In this document: positions 11,662-21,410 of the stretch, piece after piece | How positions within the stretch are numbered: the first letter of the stretch is position 1 | Layout: every line of letters begins with the position of its first letter | NCBI RefSeq assembly: GCF_001194135.2 | Contig: NC_068996.1 | Span: 7,515,785-7,553,943, forward strand | Origin: Octopus bimaculoides | Lineage: Eukaryota | DNA: 38,159 nt | Direction: 5' to 3' | Program-made: the position numbers and the translations under genes | The notes under the pieces: generated by a model | The model's input: only the letters and a program-made list of their open reading frames with translations | Database searches by the model: none | Told to the model about the DNA's origin: nothing

Positions 11662-12025
11662 TGCACTTGAGACCAAAGCAAGATGCTAATGCAGAGGCCA
11701 CACTGCAACATGAAAGCAGTTATGTATGAGGCAGACACAATGTCAAAGAGCCCACGTTGGGTGGCTAGATTAGTGGAAGTATGTGAGTGCAACAGAAGAA
11801 ACTTTTAGGACCATGTTTAACAACCATAAATCTTCCTTCAATATACAGGAGAGATACAAGGTCACAGCCCCAGACAAATTTGTATGGTCATTAAAGAAAA
11901 GTGTTGCAGAGTACAAAATTATCAAGTGAAAAATCTTGGAAAAGTGTAAACCTTATTTTAGTAGTACTAGAAAAATGCAGATTATGTTTGACCAAGAAAA
12001 GTATTATATTAAAAAATTCTCATCA
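11662..12025 (+). pseudogene. Penelope-like element GIY-YIG endonuclease relic
   Basis: Frameshifted translation CT*DQSK...HCNMKAVMYEAD...KYVSATEETFRTMFNNHKSSFN...FVWSLKK...K*KILEKCKPYFSSTRK/CRLCL...YYI matches the C-terminal GIY-YIG/CxLC region of Penelope ORFs. Confidence 0.8.
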
Positions 12026-13384
12026 CCTAAACATCTGCCTAAATTGCAGGAATGAGATTTTTAGATGATGCTTACATGAAAGACAGTACATGTTATCTCT
12101 CCTATGAGTCCAACTATGGCTCTAATTACTAGTTTCTCCACCATCAACCCTCATGCCATCTGTAACCAAGCCATACACAAATAAATGCACATATGCACAT
12201 GTGCCCAAACATAAGGTTAAAGGTTGAGCACCCACCAAAATCATCAACCAAAAAATTCAACACATATACTAATCTAATACGTATACTAGCCTCTATTCCC
12301 TTCCCTAAGTACATATTTTCATCTACCTGCCTCCTGCTGCTTTATAGCAAACTCAGGTGTTTTGGGGCCAAGGGACATAACTTTTGGTTAATCCCTTGAG
12401 CAATTGTCACCTGCAACTTCATTTGGTCTTTTTCACAGCACCCAGATGTAACATTTCATCACCCCTAGTAACAGAAAGCTGCCTCCATATTTCTTCCATA
12501 CTTACCATCTCTAAAGAGCACATGTTTTTAGATAACTGCCATGTTATCTTATATTTGGTTATCTAATACCTGGTGCAAAACTGTTAGGTACATAGGCTGA
12601 ACTTGTCTTATAATACTATATACTTTGATTTACATACATATATACATATGCATATATATATATATATATATATAAGTTCAAAAAAACACAAAAAACAATA
12701 ACAAAAAAACAACAAAGTGAGGACGTGATACGGATAGCGTTATTGGACACTCGGGAAAGGAAGGAGAGATAGTATGATGTTTTGGGCGGAACCCTTCGTC
12801 GGAAAGACAGAAAGTTCGGAGAATGGGGCCCCATGCCATCAAAAATTATGGCTAATTGTAATATTTTATATATAAATAAGGTACAAAATCAAGATAAGTA
12901 AATACCAAATGCATAAAGTTGAAACGCTGTTTGATTTATTTTTTTCACCATACAGTTTCCATCATCTCACTACAAAGTTTGCCATCACCCCTTCCTTCTT
13001 TATTCATCTATCACTTCCTTTCTCATTCATATGTTGTGACAAAGAAAAACACAAGAGTATTATTATAGTAGATAAGGTACAAAACCAAGTTTTTAGTTTA
13101 ATAATTCTTTTACAACCAAACTTGTGAAAAATCTATCAGCAAGTAACATCCTTTGACTGCTTATTTCCTTCAAGAGAATTTATAAGTTTTCCTTCCTTCT
13201 TGTCTGACTTAAGACCACATAAAGCTGGCTGTGACTAAATACAAGAGCTGGTAAGTAAATGCCAAATACACAGAGTTGAAACACTGTTTGATTTTTCTTT
13301 TCAGTGTTGAATGTTAACCATCCCACTTCCATTGTGTGTGTACATGCACACACACACTTTTGCATATCCCCACTTTTACATATT

Positions 13385-13430
13385 GCTAAGGGTATTGATA
13401 AGGGGCAATACCCTGAAACTAGTCTGTAGA
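13385..13430 (+). ncRNA. Minimal type-I hammerhead ribozyme-like motif (degenerate)
   Basis: TTGATAA-GGGG-CAATA-CCCT-GAA-ACTAGT-C: core, helix II, palindromic helix III and a GUC site at 13422-13424. Helix I is weak. Confidence 0.5.
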
Positions 13431-14039
13431 TGCCAAATCAGCAAGGTGAAGCGGCTGACCTCCCCTGTTCAAAGGTTATAAAGGACACAGGAGCTAATCA
13501 ACGGCAGCATTCGTCCTAGTTTTTGGACTGTCATGTTGGCTTGGCGATAACAATTAATTATATATATATATATATATATACTTGGAGACAGTGCGTGGCG
13601 TTCGATCATATAATAACATAAATAATATATAAATATATGCATATATCCATACATATATCCACACCTTTCTACCAACTCTCTCTGGATCCCTTATTGTCAA
13701 CCTCTATCTTTCTTGTTTTCTTTCCCTCATGTTATCTGTCCATACTTGTCCTTATACAGTTGGATATCTTAAGGCTCCTTCCCAACATAACCGACCTTAT
13801 CACTTTTCCAACTTTAACCCTTCTTTTTCACAAATCCTTGACATTAATCCCTTCTCTTTCCATTCTCCCCTGCAACACTCTCTCTCCCAATAGTGTGTAG
13901 CAGGGGACACTACCAGTGTTCATTACCACCCTTTCAGATCTATAAATTTCTTCCTCTCATCATACTTTACTCTCTCTCATAACCTGCCTTGAATCCTCAC
14001 AACCTGTCTCTTCTGTTCTTTAATTATAGGAGCCATCTT

Positions 14040-14255
14040 AGACCCTTGGTCTTGTAAGTTGAAATGATGCCATCACTAGTCTGGCATCATGAAAAATAGC
14101 ACTCAATACACTCTATAAAGTATAGTGTTTTAGGAAGGGTATTCAGCCATAAAAATCATATCAAAGTAGAATTTGAGTATAATGCAGTCTTCCAATTCAT
14201 TAGATGCTTTGGAACTATCTAACACACTCCAACATAGTAAGTAGATGTTAAATGC
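14040..14255 (+). mobile_element. Old degenerate RTE 3'UTR remnant
   Basis: TTAGGAAGGGTATTCAGCC...CTCCAACATAG...ATGTTAAATGCTGATGAT resembles the family A 3' end. Confidence 0.5.
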
Positions 14256-14280
14256 TGATGATTGGAAAAAGGATGATTAT

Positions 14281-14500
14281 ATATGGCTGTATAGTAAAAA
14301 GTTTGCTTCACATGGTTCCTGGTTCAGTCCCACAACATGTCACCTTGGCCAAGTGATTTCTATTATAGCTCTGGGTTGACCTGAGTTATGTGAGTGGATT
14401 TGATAGACGGAATCTAAAAAAAAGTTCATCATATGTGTGTGAGTGTATGTGTGTGTGAGTGTATGTGTGTGTGAGTGTATGTGTGTGAGAGAGAGAGTGT
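14281..14500 (+). mobile_element. SINE family 1 head followed by (GT) microsatellite
   Basis: TGGCTGTATAG...GGTTCAGTCCCAC...TTGGCCAAGTG...GTGAGTGGATTTGATAGACGG matches the SINE1 head. Confidence 0.7.
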
Positions 14501-14501
14501 G

Positions 14502-14727
14502 TTATTTCTTTACTACCCACAAGGGGCTACACACAGAGGGGACAAACAAGGACAGACAAACACGGATTAAGTCGATTATATCGACCCCAGTGCATAACTG
14601 GTACTTATTTAATCGACCCCGAAAGGATGAAAGGCAAAGTCGACCTCGGCGGGATTTGAACTCAGAACGTAGCGGCAGACGAAATACGGCTAAGCATTTC
14701 GCCCGGAGTGCTAACGTTTCTGCCAGT
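14502..14727 (-). mobile_element. tRNA-derived SINE (family 2)
   Basis: Reverse complement of 11300-11518 family; B-box GAGTTCAAATCCC; CpG-rich, so probably younger. Confidence 0.88.
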
Positions 14728-14904
14728 GTGTGTGTGTGCAATGACTCACATTACGAGTGTTTTCACCAAAATTCTTGTCAGAAACTCTCTATGAACTGAC
14801 GTGTACTTACACTATTTTCAGTCTTTCAAAATGTTTCCCGACCAATGTCAGGATTTCCCAAACACCATATTTCTTGGATAGCTTGAAACACAATGGAAAT
14901 AATT

Positions 14905-15180
14905 TTCATCACCACCACCTCAACCACCATCACTACCACCACCACCACCACCACTCGCCTCATCACCATCATCATCATCATCACCATCATCATCATCATC
15001 TTCATCATCCTCCTCCTCTTCATCATCATCATCATCAGCAGCAGCAGCATCATCATCATCATCTTCATCATCATCATCATCTTCATCATCATCATCATCA
15101 TCATCATCCTCCTCATCATCATTGTCGTTGTCATCGTTCTTTAATGTTTCTTTTCCCATGCCGACATGGGTTGTATGTCT
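14905..15180. repeat. Compound triplet array (CAC/CAT/CTT/CAG), the expanded tail of an RTE 3' remnant
   Basis: About 230 bp of triplets followed by TTTCCCATGCCGACATGGGTTG, the RTE terminal motif. Confidence 0.85.
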
Positions 15181-15404
15181 TGTATGAAGAGAAAATCATT
15201 ATCATCATGTAGCTATTAGTCATACACCACACTCTCATCTTCAACGCTGTGCAGGGTCATTCCAAGCTCCTTGTAAAATCTAAAAATTCATATTTTTTAA
15301 ACTTTAGTTTTAGATATGCTTGAATTAATCTATAAAAGCCATTTAGAAATGAGGTTCATATATTTTATTGTCATCAATCAATTAATTCGTAATTGTCTAT
15401 CATT

Positions 15405-15761
15405 CATTTTTTCTTGTTTCAGTCATTCGACTGTGGCCATGCTGGGGCACTACCTTGAAGAGTTTAATTGAACAAACTTATCTCATTTCCTTTTCATCAA
15501 AGTCTGGTGCTTATTCTGTTAGTTACAGGAACATAAATGAACCAATGCCAGTTGTCAAGTGGTGGTTGTGTCTAACACAAACACAAAGGCATACACACAC
15601 ACACACACACACTGACACACTTATCACATACACACATATACGATATGTTTCCACACAGTTTCCTTATTCCAAATTCACGACAGGACATTGGTCAGCCCAG
15701 AGATGTAGTAGAAAACACTTGCCCAAGATGATTGCAGGGTGAGCTTCTTAACCGCACAACC
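15405..15761 (-). mobile_element. Degenerate SINE family 1
   Basis: TTGTTTCAGTCATTCGACTGTGGCCATGCTGGGGCAC...TAGTAGAAAACACTTGCCCAAG aligns to SINE1. Confidence 0.75.
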
Positions 15762-16036
15762 TTTATTTTTATGGAGACCCAGCAAGAAAAATATGTGCCA
15801 GGCTCTGGAGCTGTCTTGAGGCCACAATGGAAGCTGAGGGCATTTACTTTGAATAAACAGTTATCTTTTAACCATAATCAAGTAGGTATTCTTTGAATTT
15901 TTAACATACTTTTATTTGTTGGATGGGTTATTGTTTTTACTTCCTTTAATGGAAACTATTGAATTTAACCCAAATATCTTGTACATATACACACACACAT
16001 ATATATATATATGCATCATGTAACTCTTATATGTAC

Positions 16037-17455
16037 ATTGATAGCTTCCATTACCCAGGGGACCAAGTCAGTAACGAGGGTGGATGCTCTGAAAGTGTAG
16101 CTGCTAGAATAAGAATAGCCTGGGCAAAGTTCAGAGAGCTCTTACCTCTGCTGGTGACAAAGGGCCTCTCACTCAGAGTAAAAGGCAGATTGTATGACGC
16201 ATGTGTACGAACAGCCATGCTACATGGCAGTGAAACATGGGCCATAACTTCTGAGGACATGCATAAGCTCGCAAGGAATGAAGCCAGTATGCTCCATTGG
16301 ATGTGTAATGTCAATGTGAATACCCGTCAGAGTGTAAGTATCTTGAAAGAAAAGCTGAACATAAGAAGCATCAGTTGTGGTGTGCAAGAGAGACAATTGC
16401 ACTGGTATGGTCACGTGGCGAGAATGGATGAGGATAGCTGTGTGAAAAAGTGCCACACCCTAGCGGTNNNNNNNNNNNNNNNNNNNNNNNNNNNNNNNNN
16501 NNNNNNNNNNNNNNNNNNNNNNNNNNNNNNNNNNNNNNNNNNNNNNNNNNNNNNNNNNNNNNNNNNNNNNNNNNNNNNNNNNNNNNNNNNNNNNNNNNNN
16601 NNNNNNNNNNNNNNNNNNNNNNNNNNNNNNNNNNNNNNNNNNNNNNNNNNNNNNNNNNNNNNNNNNNNNNNNNNNNNNNNNNNNNNNNNNNNNNNNNNNN
16701 NNNNNNNNNNNNNNNNNNNNNNNNNNNNNNNNNNNNNNNNNNNNNNNNNNNNNNNNNNNNNNNNNNNNNNNNNNNNNNNNNNNNNNNNNNNNNNNNNNNN
16801 NNNNNNNNNNNNNNNNNNNNNNNNNNNNNNNNNNNNNNNNNNNNNNNNNNNNNNNNNNNNNNNNNNNNNNNNNNNNNNNNNNNNNNNNNNNNNNNNNNNN
16901 NNNNNNNNNNNNNNNNNNAAACTCCGCTTGCGAAGACCTGTTGAGGCAAGTGAAATCAAAATCAAACCAAATTTGACGACTGGCCCCCATGCCAACGTCT
17001 CCTTCATTGGACACTAAACTCGGCTTGCGAAGACGTATTGGGGCAAGCGAAAGCAAAATCGTGATGGCACCTGTACCAGTGGAGCGCTAAGAGCACCATT
17101 CGAGCGTGATTGTTACCAGCGTTACCCTCCTGGCATTTGAGCCGATGGCACGTGAAAAGACATTCAAGCGAGATCATTGCCAGTGCCGCTGGACTGGCTC
17201 CTGTGCAGGTGGCACGTAAAATATACCATTTTGAGCATGGCCATTGCCAGTACCGCCTGACTGGCCTTCCTGGCAATGGCACGTAAAAGCACCCACTGCA
17301 CTCTTGGAATGGTTGGCATTAGGAAGGGCATCCAGCTGTAGAAACTCTGCCGAAATCAGATTGGAGTCTGGTGTAGCCATCTGGTTTTACCAGTCCTCAG
17401 TCAAATCGTCCAACCCATGCTAGCATGGAAAGCGGACGTTAAACGATGATGAAGA
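16037..17455 (+). mobile_element. 5'-truncated RTE LINE family A with complete 3'UTR (contains a gap)
   Basis: ORF DSFHYPGDQVSNEGGCSESVAARIRIAW...HGSETW...WYGHVARMDEDSCVKK; ends GCTAGCATGGAAAGCGGACGTTAAACGATGATG. Confidence 0.92.
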
Positions 17456-17545
17456 TACACACAACACACATCTTTCTATATATAGATGTGTGTATGTTTG
17501 TGTGGTGTACATGTTTATATATATATGTGTGTGTGTGTGTATGTA

Positions 17546-17593
<48 letters not shown>

Positions 17594-17876
17594 GTACGTG
17601 CTGTGAGTAATTACTTAGGGTAGGCAATTGGTTAAAAATAAAGGGAAATACAGGCATGTAACTGAGTTGGAGGCAGATTTACTTCTGCCTCTAAAGCACA
17701 CAAAGAAAACGTTGTTGTAGGAATGTAGGCAGCACATGTACTACAGCAGTATTATGTGTAGTTTTAATACTGAGATTAAAAGGCAGGGGCGAATTATGCC
17801 TACAAAAAAAAATAAGATATTTTGCATTTTACGCATAATGATCAGAGTAACTTTTATAATCTTATTGAATTATGTA

Positions 17877-18688
17877 CATCATCATCATCATCATCATCGT
17901 CCTTTAACGTCCGCTTTCCATGCTAGCATGGGTGAGACGATTTGACTGAGGACTGGTGAACCAGATGGCTACACCAGGCTCCAATCTGATTTCGGCAGAG
18001 TTTCTACAGCTGGATGCCCTTCCTAACGCCAACCACTCCGAGAGTACAGCGGTTGCTTTTACGTGCCATCGGCACAAAGGCCAGTCAGGCGGTACTGGCA
18101 ATGGCCACGCTCAAAATGGTGTATTTTACATGCCACCTGCACAGGAGCCAGTCCAGGGGCATTGGCAACAATCTCGCTCGAATGTCTTTACACGTGCCAT
18201 CCAGCACAAGTGCCAGGAAGGCGATGCTGGGCACAGGTGCCATTGACGGTTTTGCTTTCACTTGCCCCAATATGTCTTCGCAAGTTGAGTTTCGTTTCCA
18301 ATGGAGGAGACGATGTTGGCATGGGTGCCAGTCGTCGAATTTAATTTGATTTCGATTTCACTTGCCTCAACAGGTCTTCGCAAGCAGAGTTTAGTGTCCA
18401 ATGAAGGAAGGTACGTAAAAGTGGGCTGCCTGAGGCCTTAGATTTAGATCTCATTTGGCTTGCCGGGTCTTCTCACGCACAGCATATTTCCAAAGGTCTC
18501 AGTCAGAAGTCATCGCCTCGGTGAGGCACAATGTTCGAAGGTCGTGCCTCACCATCTCATCCCAGGTCTTCCTGGGCCTACCTCTTCCACAGGTTCCCTC
18601 AACTGTTAGGGTGTGGCACTTTTTCAGACAGCTATCCTCATCCATTCTCGCCACATGACCATACCAGTGCAATTGTCTTTCTTGCACA
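17877..18688 (-). mobile_element. 5'-truncated RTE LINE family A
   Basis: (CAT)n tail at 17877-17897, 3'UTR, and ORF end MQERQLHWYGHVARMDEDSCLKK...GRGRPRKTW. Confidence 0.92.
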
Positions 18689-18996
18689 GGAAAATGTTAC
18701 TATCGAGCTATTTCATTCAGAGTAGGCACTGCCTACCTTACCTACCCAGGTAGCACGTTATATATATATATGTATATATGATGGTCGCTTCCATTGGTTT
18801 CAACATATGAGTGTTTGAAGGAGAGGACTTAAAGTTAAAGAGAGTAAGAGAAAGAAAGAAAAAAAAAACTAAGAAGTTGCATTTTTTTGCAACGGATGCA
18901 TGAATGTAATTTCAGTCCATGTATGAATTTTTCTATGAAGTCGCAATGGGGTCATTGATGATTTTGATTTTGCCTGAGATTGGGTAAGTGTGTCTC

Positions 18997-19221
18997 TTTT
19001 ACTCTTACTCTTTTACTTGTTTCAGTCATTTGACTGCAGCCATGCTGGAGCACCGCCTTTAGTCGAGCAAATTGACCCCAGAACTTATTCTTTGTATGCC
19101 CAGTACTTATTCTATCAGTCTCTTTTGCCAAACCGCTAGGTTACGGGGATGTAAACACACCATCGGTTGTCAAGCGATGTTGGGGGGACAAACACAGACA
19201 CACAAACATATACACACACAT

Positions 19222-19252
<31 letters not shown>

Positions 19253-19424
19253 CATATATACGACGGGCTTCTTTCTGTTTCCATCTACCAAATCCACTCA
19301 CAAGGCTTTGGTCAGCCCGAGGCTATAGTAGAAGACACTTGTCCAAAGTGCCCCACAGTGGGAATGAACCCGGAACCATGTGGTTGGTAAGCAAGCTACT
19401 TACCACACAGCCACTCCTGCACCT
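18997..19424 (-). mobile_element. tRNA-derived SINE (family 1), full length
   Basis: Closely similar to 5072-5482; A-box TGGCTGTGTGG, B-box GGTTCATTCCC. Confidence 0.88.
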
Positions 19425-19434
19425 GTTGATATAG

Positions 19435-19805
19435 TTCTTCTGTTGTTCTTTTTCTTCAACTGAAATTGTTTGGACGCATAGTGACACATTTTATACCATG
19501 CAGATTGATCTAGGCATTGAATTTCCCAAGATCAGGTTAAGCTGTAGATATTTTAGTGATTGCTTCAAATTATCCTAATGTCTAAGGAGAAGTTTTCCTT
19601 TGTCATGATATCCCTCCACTTGTTGGCCGTACGAAAAATTTTCAGAATGCTGTCATTTTTCATTCAAGCATGAATGTGCTGAATTCTCATCTGTATGCTT
19701 TGGATACTGGAGATATTACATTTTTCTAAGATCTTGGCATTCTTATCTTGCCATTCTATGTTGCATGTGTTTCACAAATAGCACATGTGGAAGGTTTCAA
19801 GTTTG
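19435..19805 (-). mobile_element. Old RTE/BovB-like LINE (family B) C-terminal relic
   Basis: Frameshifted translation KLETFH...NIEWQDK...ILEKCNISSIQSI...YGQQVEG...DNLKQSLKYL...LDQSAWYKMCHYASKQF. Confidence 0.7.
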
Positions 19806-20600
19806 AGCAGGGCCATCTACCTGAAGGGATAAGTCTTCCTACTTATTAAGACTTTGGTTTTGGCTAGGTTGACACTTCAATTCTAATTCTTGCTTCCACA
19901 CATGAAACTTCTCCTCTAGTTCTGATAGTGACTCCGCAATTAGTGCAAGGTCATCAGCATAGAGGAGCTCCCAGGGGCATCCTGTCTTGAATTCCTCTGT
20001 GATCGCCTGGAGGACTATGATAAATAGGAGGGGGCTGAGGACTGAACTCTTATGGACCCCTACCCCTACCCGGAATTCTTCACTGTACTCATTGCCAACC
20101 CTCACCTTACTGACAGCTCTCACTAACCATTCTTCTATCCCTAGTTTCCTCATTGACCACCAGATAAGGGATCGGGGGACCCTGTCAAAGGCTTCCTCCA
20201 TGTCAACGAAAGCCAAGTACAGAGGTTTATCCTTGGCTAGGTATTTCTCCTGCAGCTGTCTTACCAGAAATATAGCGTCAGTGGTGCTTTTCCTTGGCAT
20301 GAACCCAAACTGCATCTCATCTAAACTGACTCTCTCCCTAATTAGTTGGGCTATGACCCTCTCCGTAACTTTCATAACCTGATCTAACAGCTTGATGCCT
20401 CTGTAATTATTTGTATCTAAAGCATCACCTTTACCTTTGTAACAGTTGACTATGGTGCTGCTACACCAGTCATTGGGTATGACTCCTTCGTGTATCACCT
20501 GGTTCGTAATACGGGTGACTAGGCTATAGCCAACACTGCCAGATATTTTGAGCATCTCTGCAGTGATTCCTGATGGGCCGGGGGCTTTCCCTGTCTTCAT
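19806..20600 (-). pseudogene. RTE family A reverse transcriptase core fragment
   Basis: KTGKAPGPSGI...YRGIKLL...QFGFMP...FVDMEEAFDRVP...VGVHKSSVLSPLLF...YADDL. About 245 codons are open, with an apparent in-frame deletion after LVRAV and frameshifts at the 3' end. Confidence 0.95.
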
Positions 20601-21099
20601 ACCCGCGTGCATGTGTGTTTTTGTGTACACACACACATATATATAAAGACACAGACACGCACACATACATATATGCATAATGTTACATATACTATATGTG
20701 TACATGTATATATTATACATGTATATGTGTATCTATATCTATAAAAGGCAGGATGTGTGTGTATACGTGAATGTACTTTATGAGTGTCCATAAATTAGCA
20801 TGCATGTCACTCCAGTTTTAGGTGGACATTGATCATGGCCATGACTGTGCTTTTCTCAACTTATTTTTCCTGAGGCACCCCCAGATAGCGGTATAAATCG
20901 ATTTTCAACCATAACTTTTACCAATTTTCACGTCGGTGGAATCCCTAAGTTTGCTAACATGAGTTAAATCCCCTGTCTTGCATATAGATTAATTCACTCT
21001 ACTACAATACCTCTGAAAAATATTAGATTTGAACTACCTAAGCAATCTCAGCATAGGAAAAGAGAAAGAGCTGAAGAGACTGACTATCAGTGTGTAGTG

Positions 21100-21173
21100 A
21101 AACTACCTATCGTCACTAGATACAAAACTACCTATCGCCATTAGATACAAAACTACTATTGCCATTACATACA
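21100..21173. repeat. Tandem repeat, 25-bp unit x3
   Basis: AAACTACCTATCGTCACTAGATACA / AAACTACCTATCGCCATTAGATACA / AAACTACTATTGCCATTACATACA. Confidence 0.9.
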
Positions 21174-21229
21174 ATCTTCTCATTTAAATATAAATAAATG
21201 CGAGCGTAGTAGAGAACCCATTCCTTGTC

Positions 21230-21410
21230 ATCACGTGACTGATTATTATTCGAATCGGCAACTTCTTCGAACCGTTCCCGCCAGAACGCAAACTGACCAA
21301 TCACAGCCCCTAATAAGGTCACGTGATAGAGTATATTTCTGCTATCTAGTGAGCCGATGATTCGCTATAAATAGATCAACTCATACCCAACAAATTGGTC
21401 TCGGTCCAGT
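21230..21410 (+). promoter_or_regulatory. Pol II promoter-like module
   Basis: ATCACGTGAC (21230-39), TTCCCGCC (21275-82), GACCAATCA (CCAAT at 21297), GTCACGTGAT (21318-27) and TATAAATA (21366-73), with a pyrimidine-rich CCAGTTT about 30 bp downstream. The region is locally CpG-rich. Confidence 0.6.

Noticed and set aside
14757-15212. Poly-His, poly-Asp and poly-Met ORFs
   Set aside because: These are translations of a triplet microsatellite, with no splice or homology support.
17670-17691. Isolated 8-bp hairpins (GAGGCAGA/TCTGCCTC; also CAGGTGGG/CCCACCTG at ~37706)
   Set aside because: Expected by chance at this window size; the second lies in a probable decayed SINE.
18060-18250. Repeat-spacer pattern as a CRISPR-like array
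   Set aside because: The context is eukaryotic, the 'spacers' are homologous to one another, and the pattern is part of the LINE 3'UTR.
21071-21120. CTGAAGA...GAAAC...GTC as a hammerhead
   Set aside because: Helices I and II do not pair; the downstream part is the 25-bp tandem repeat.
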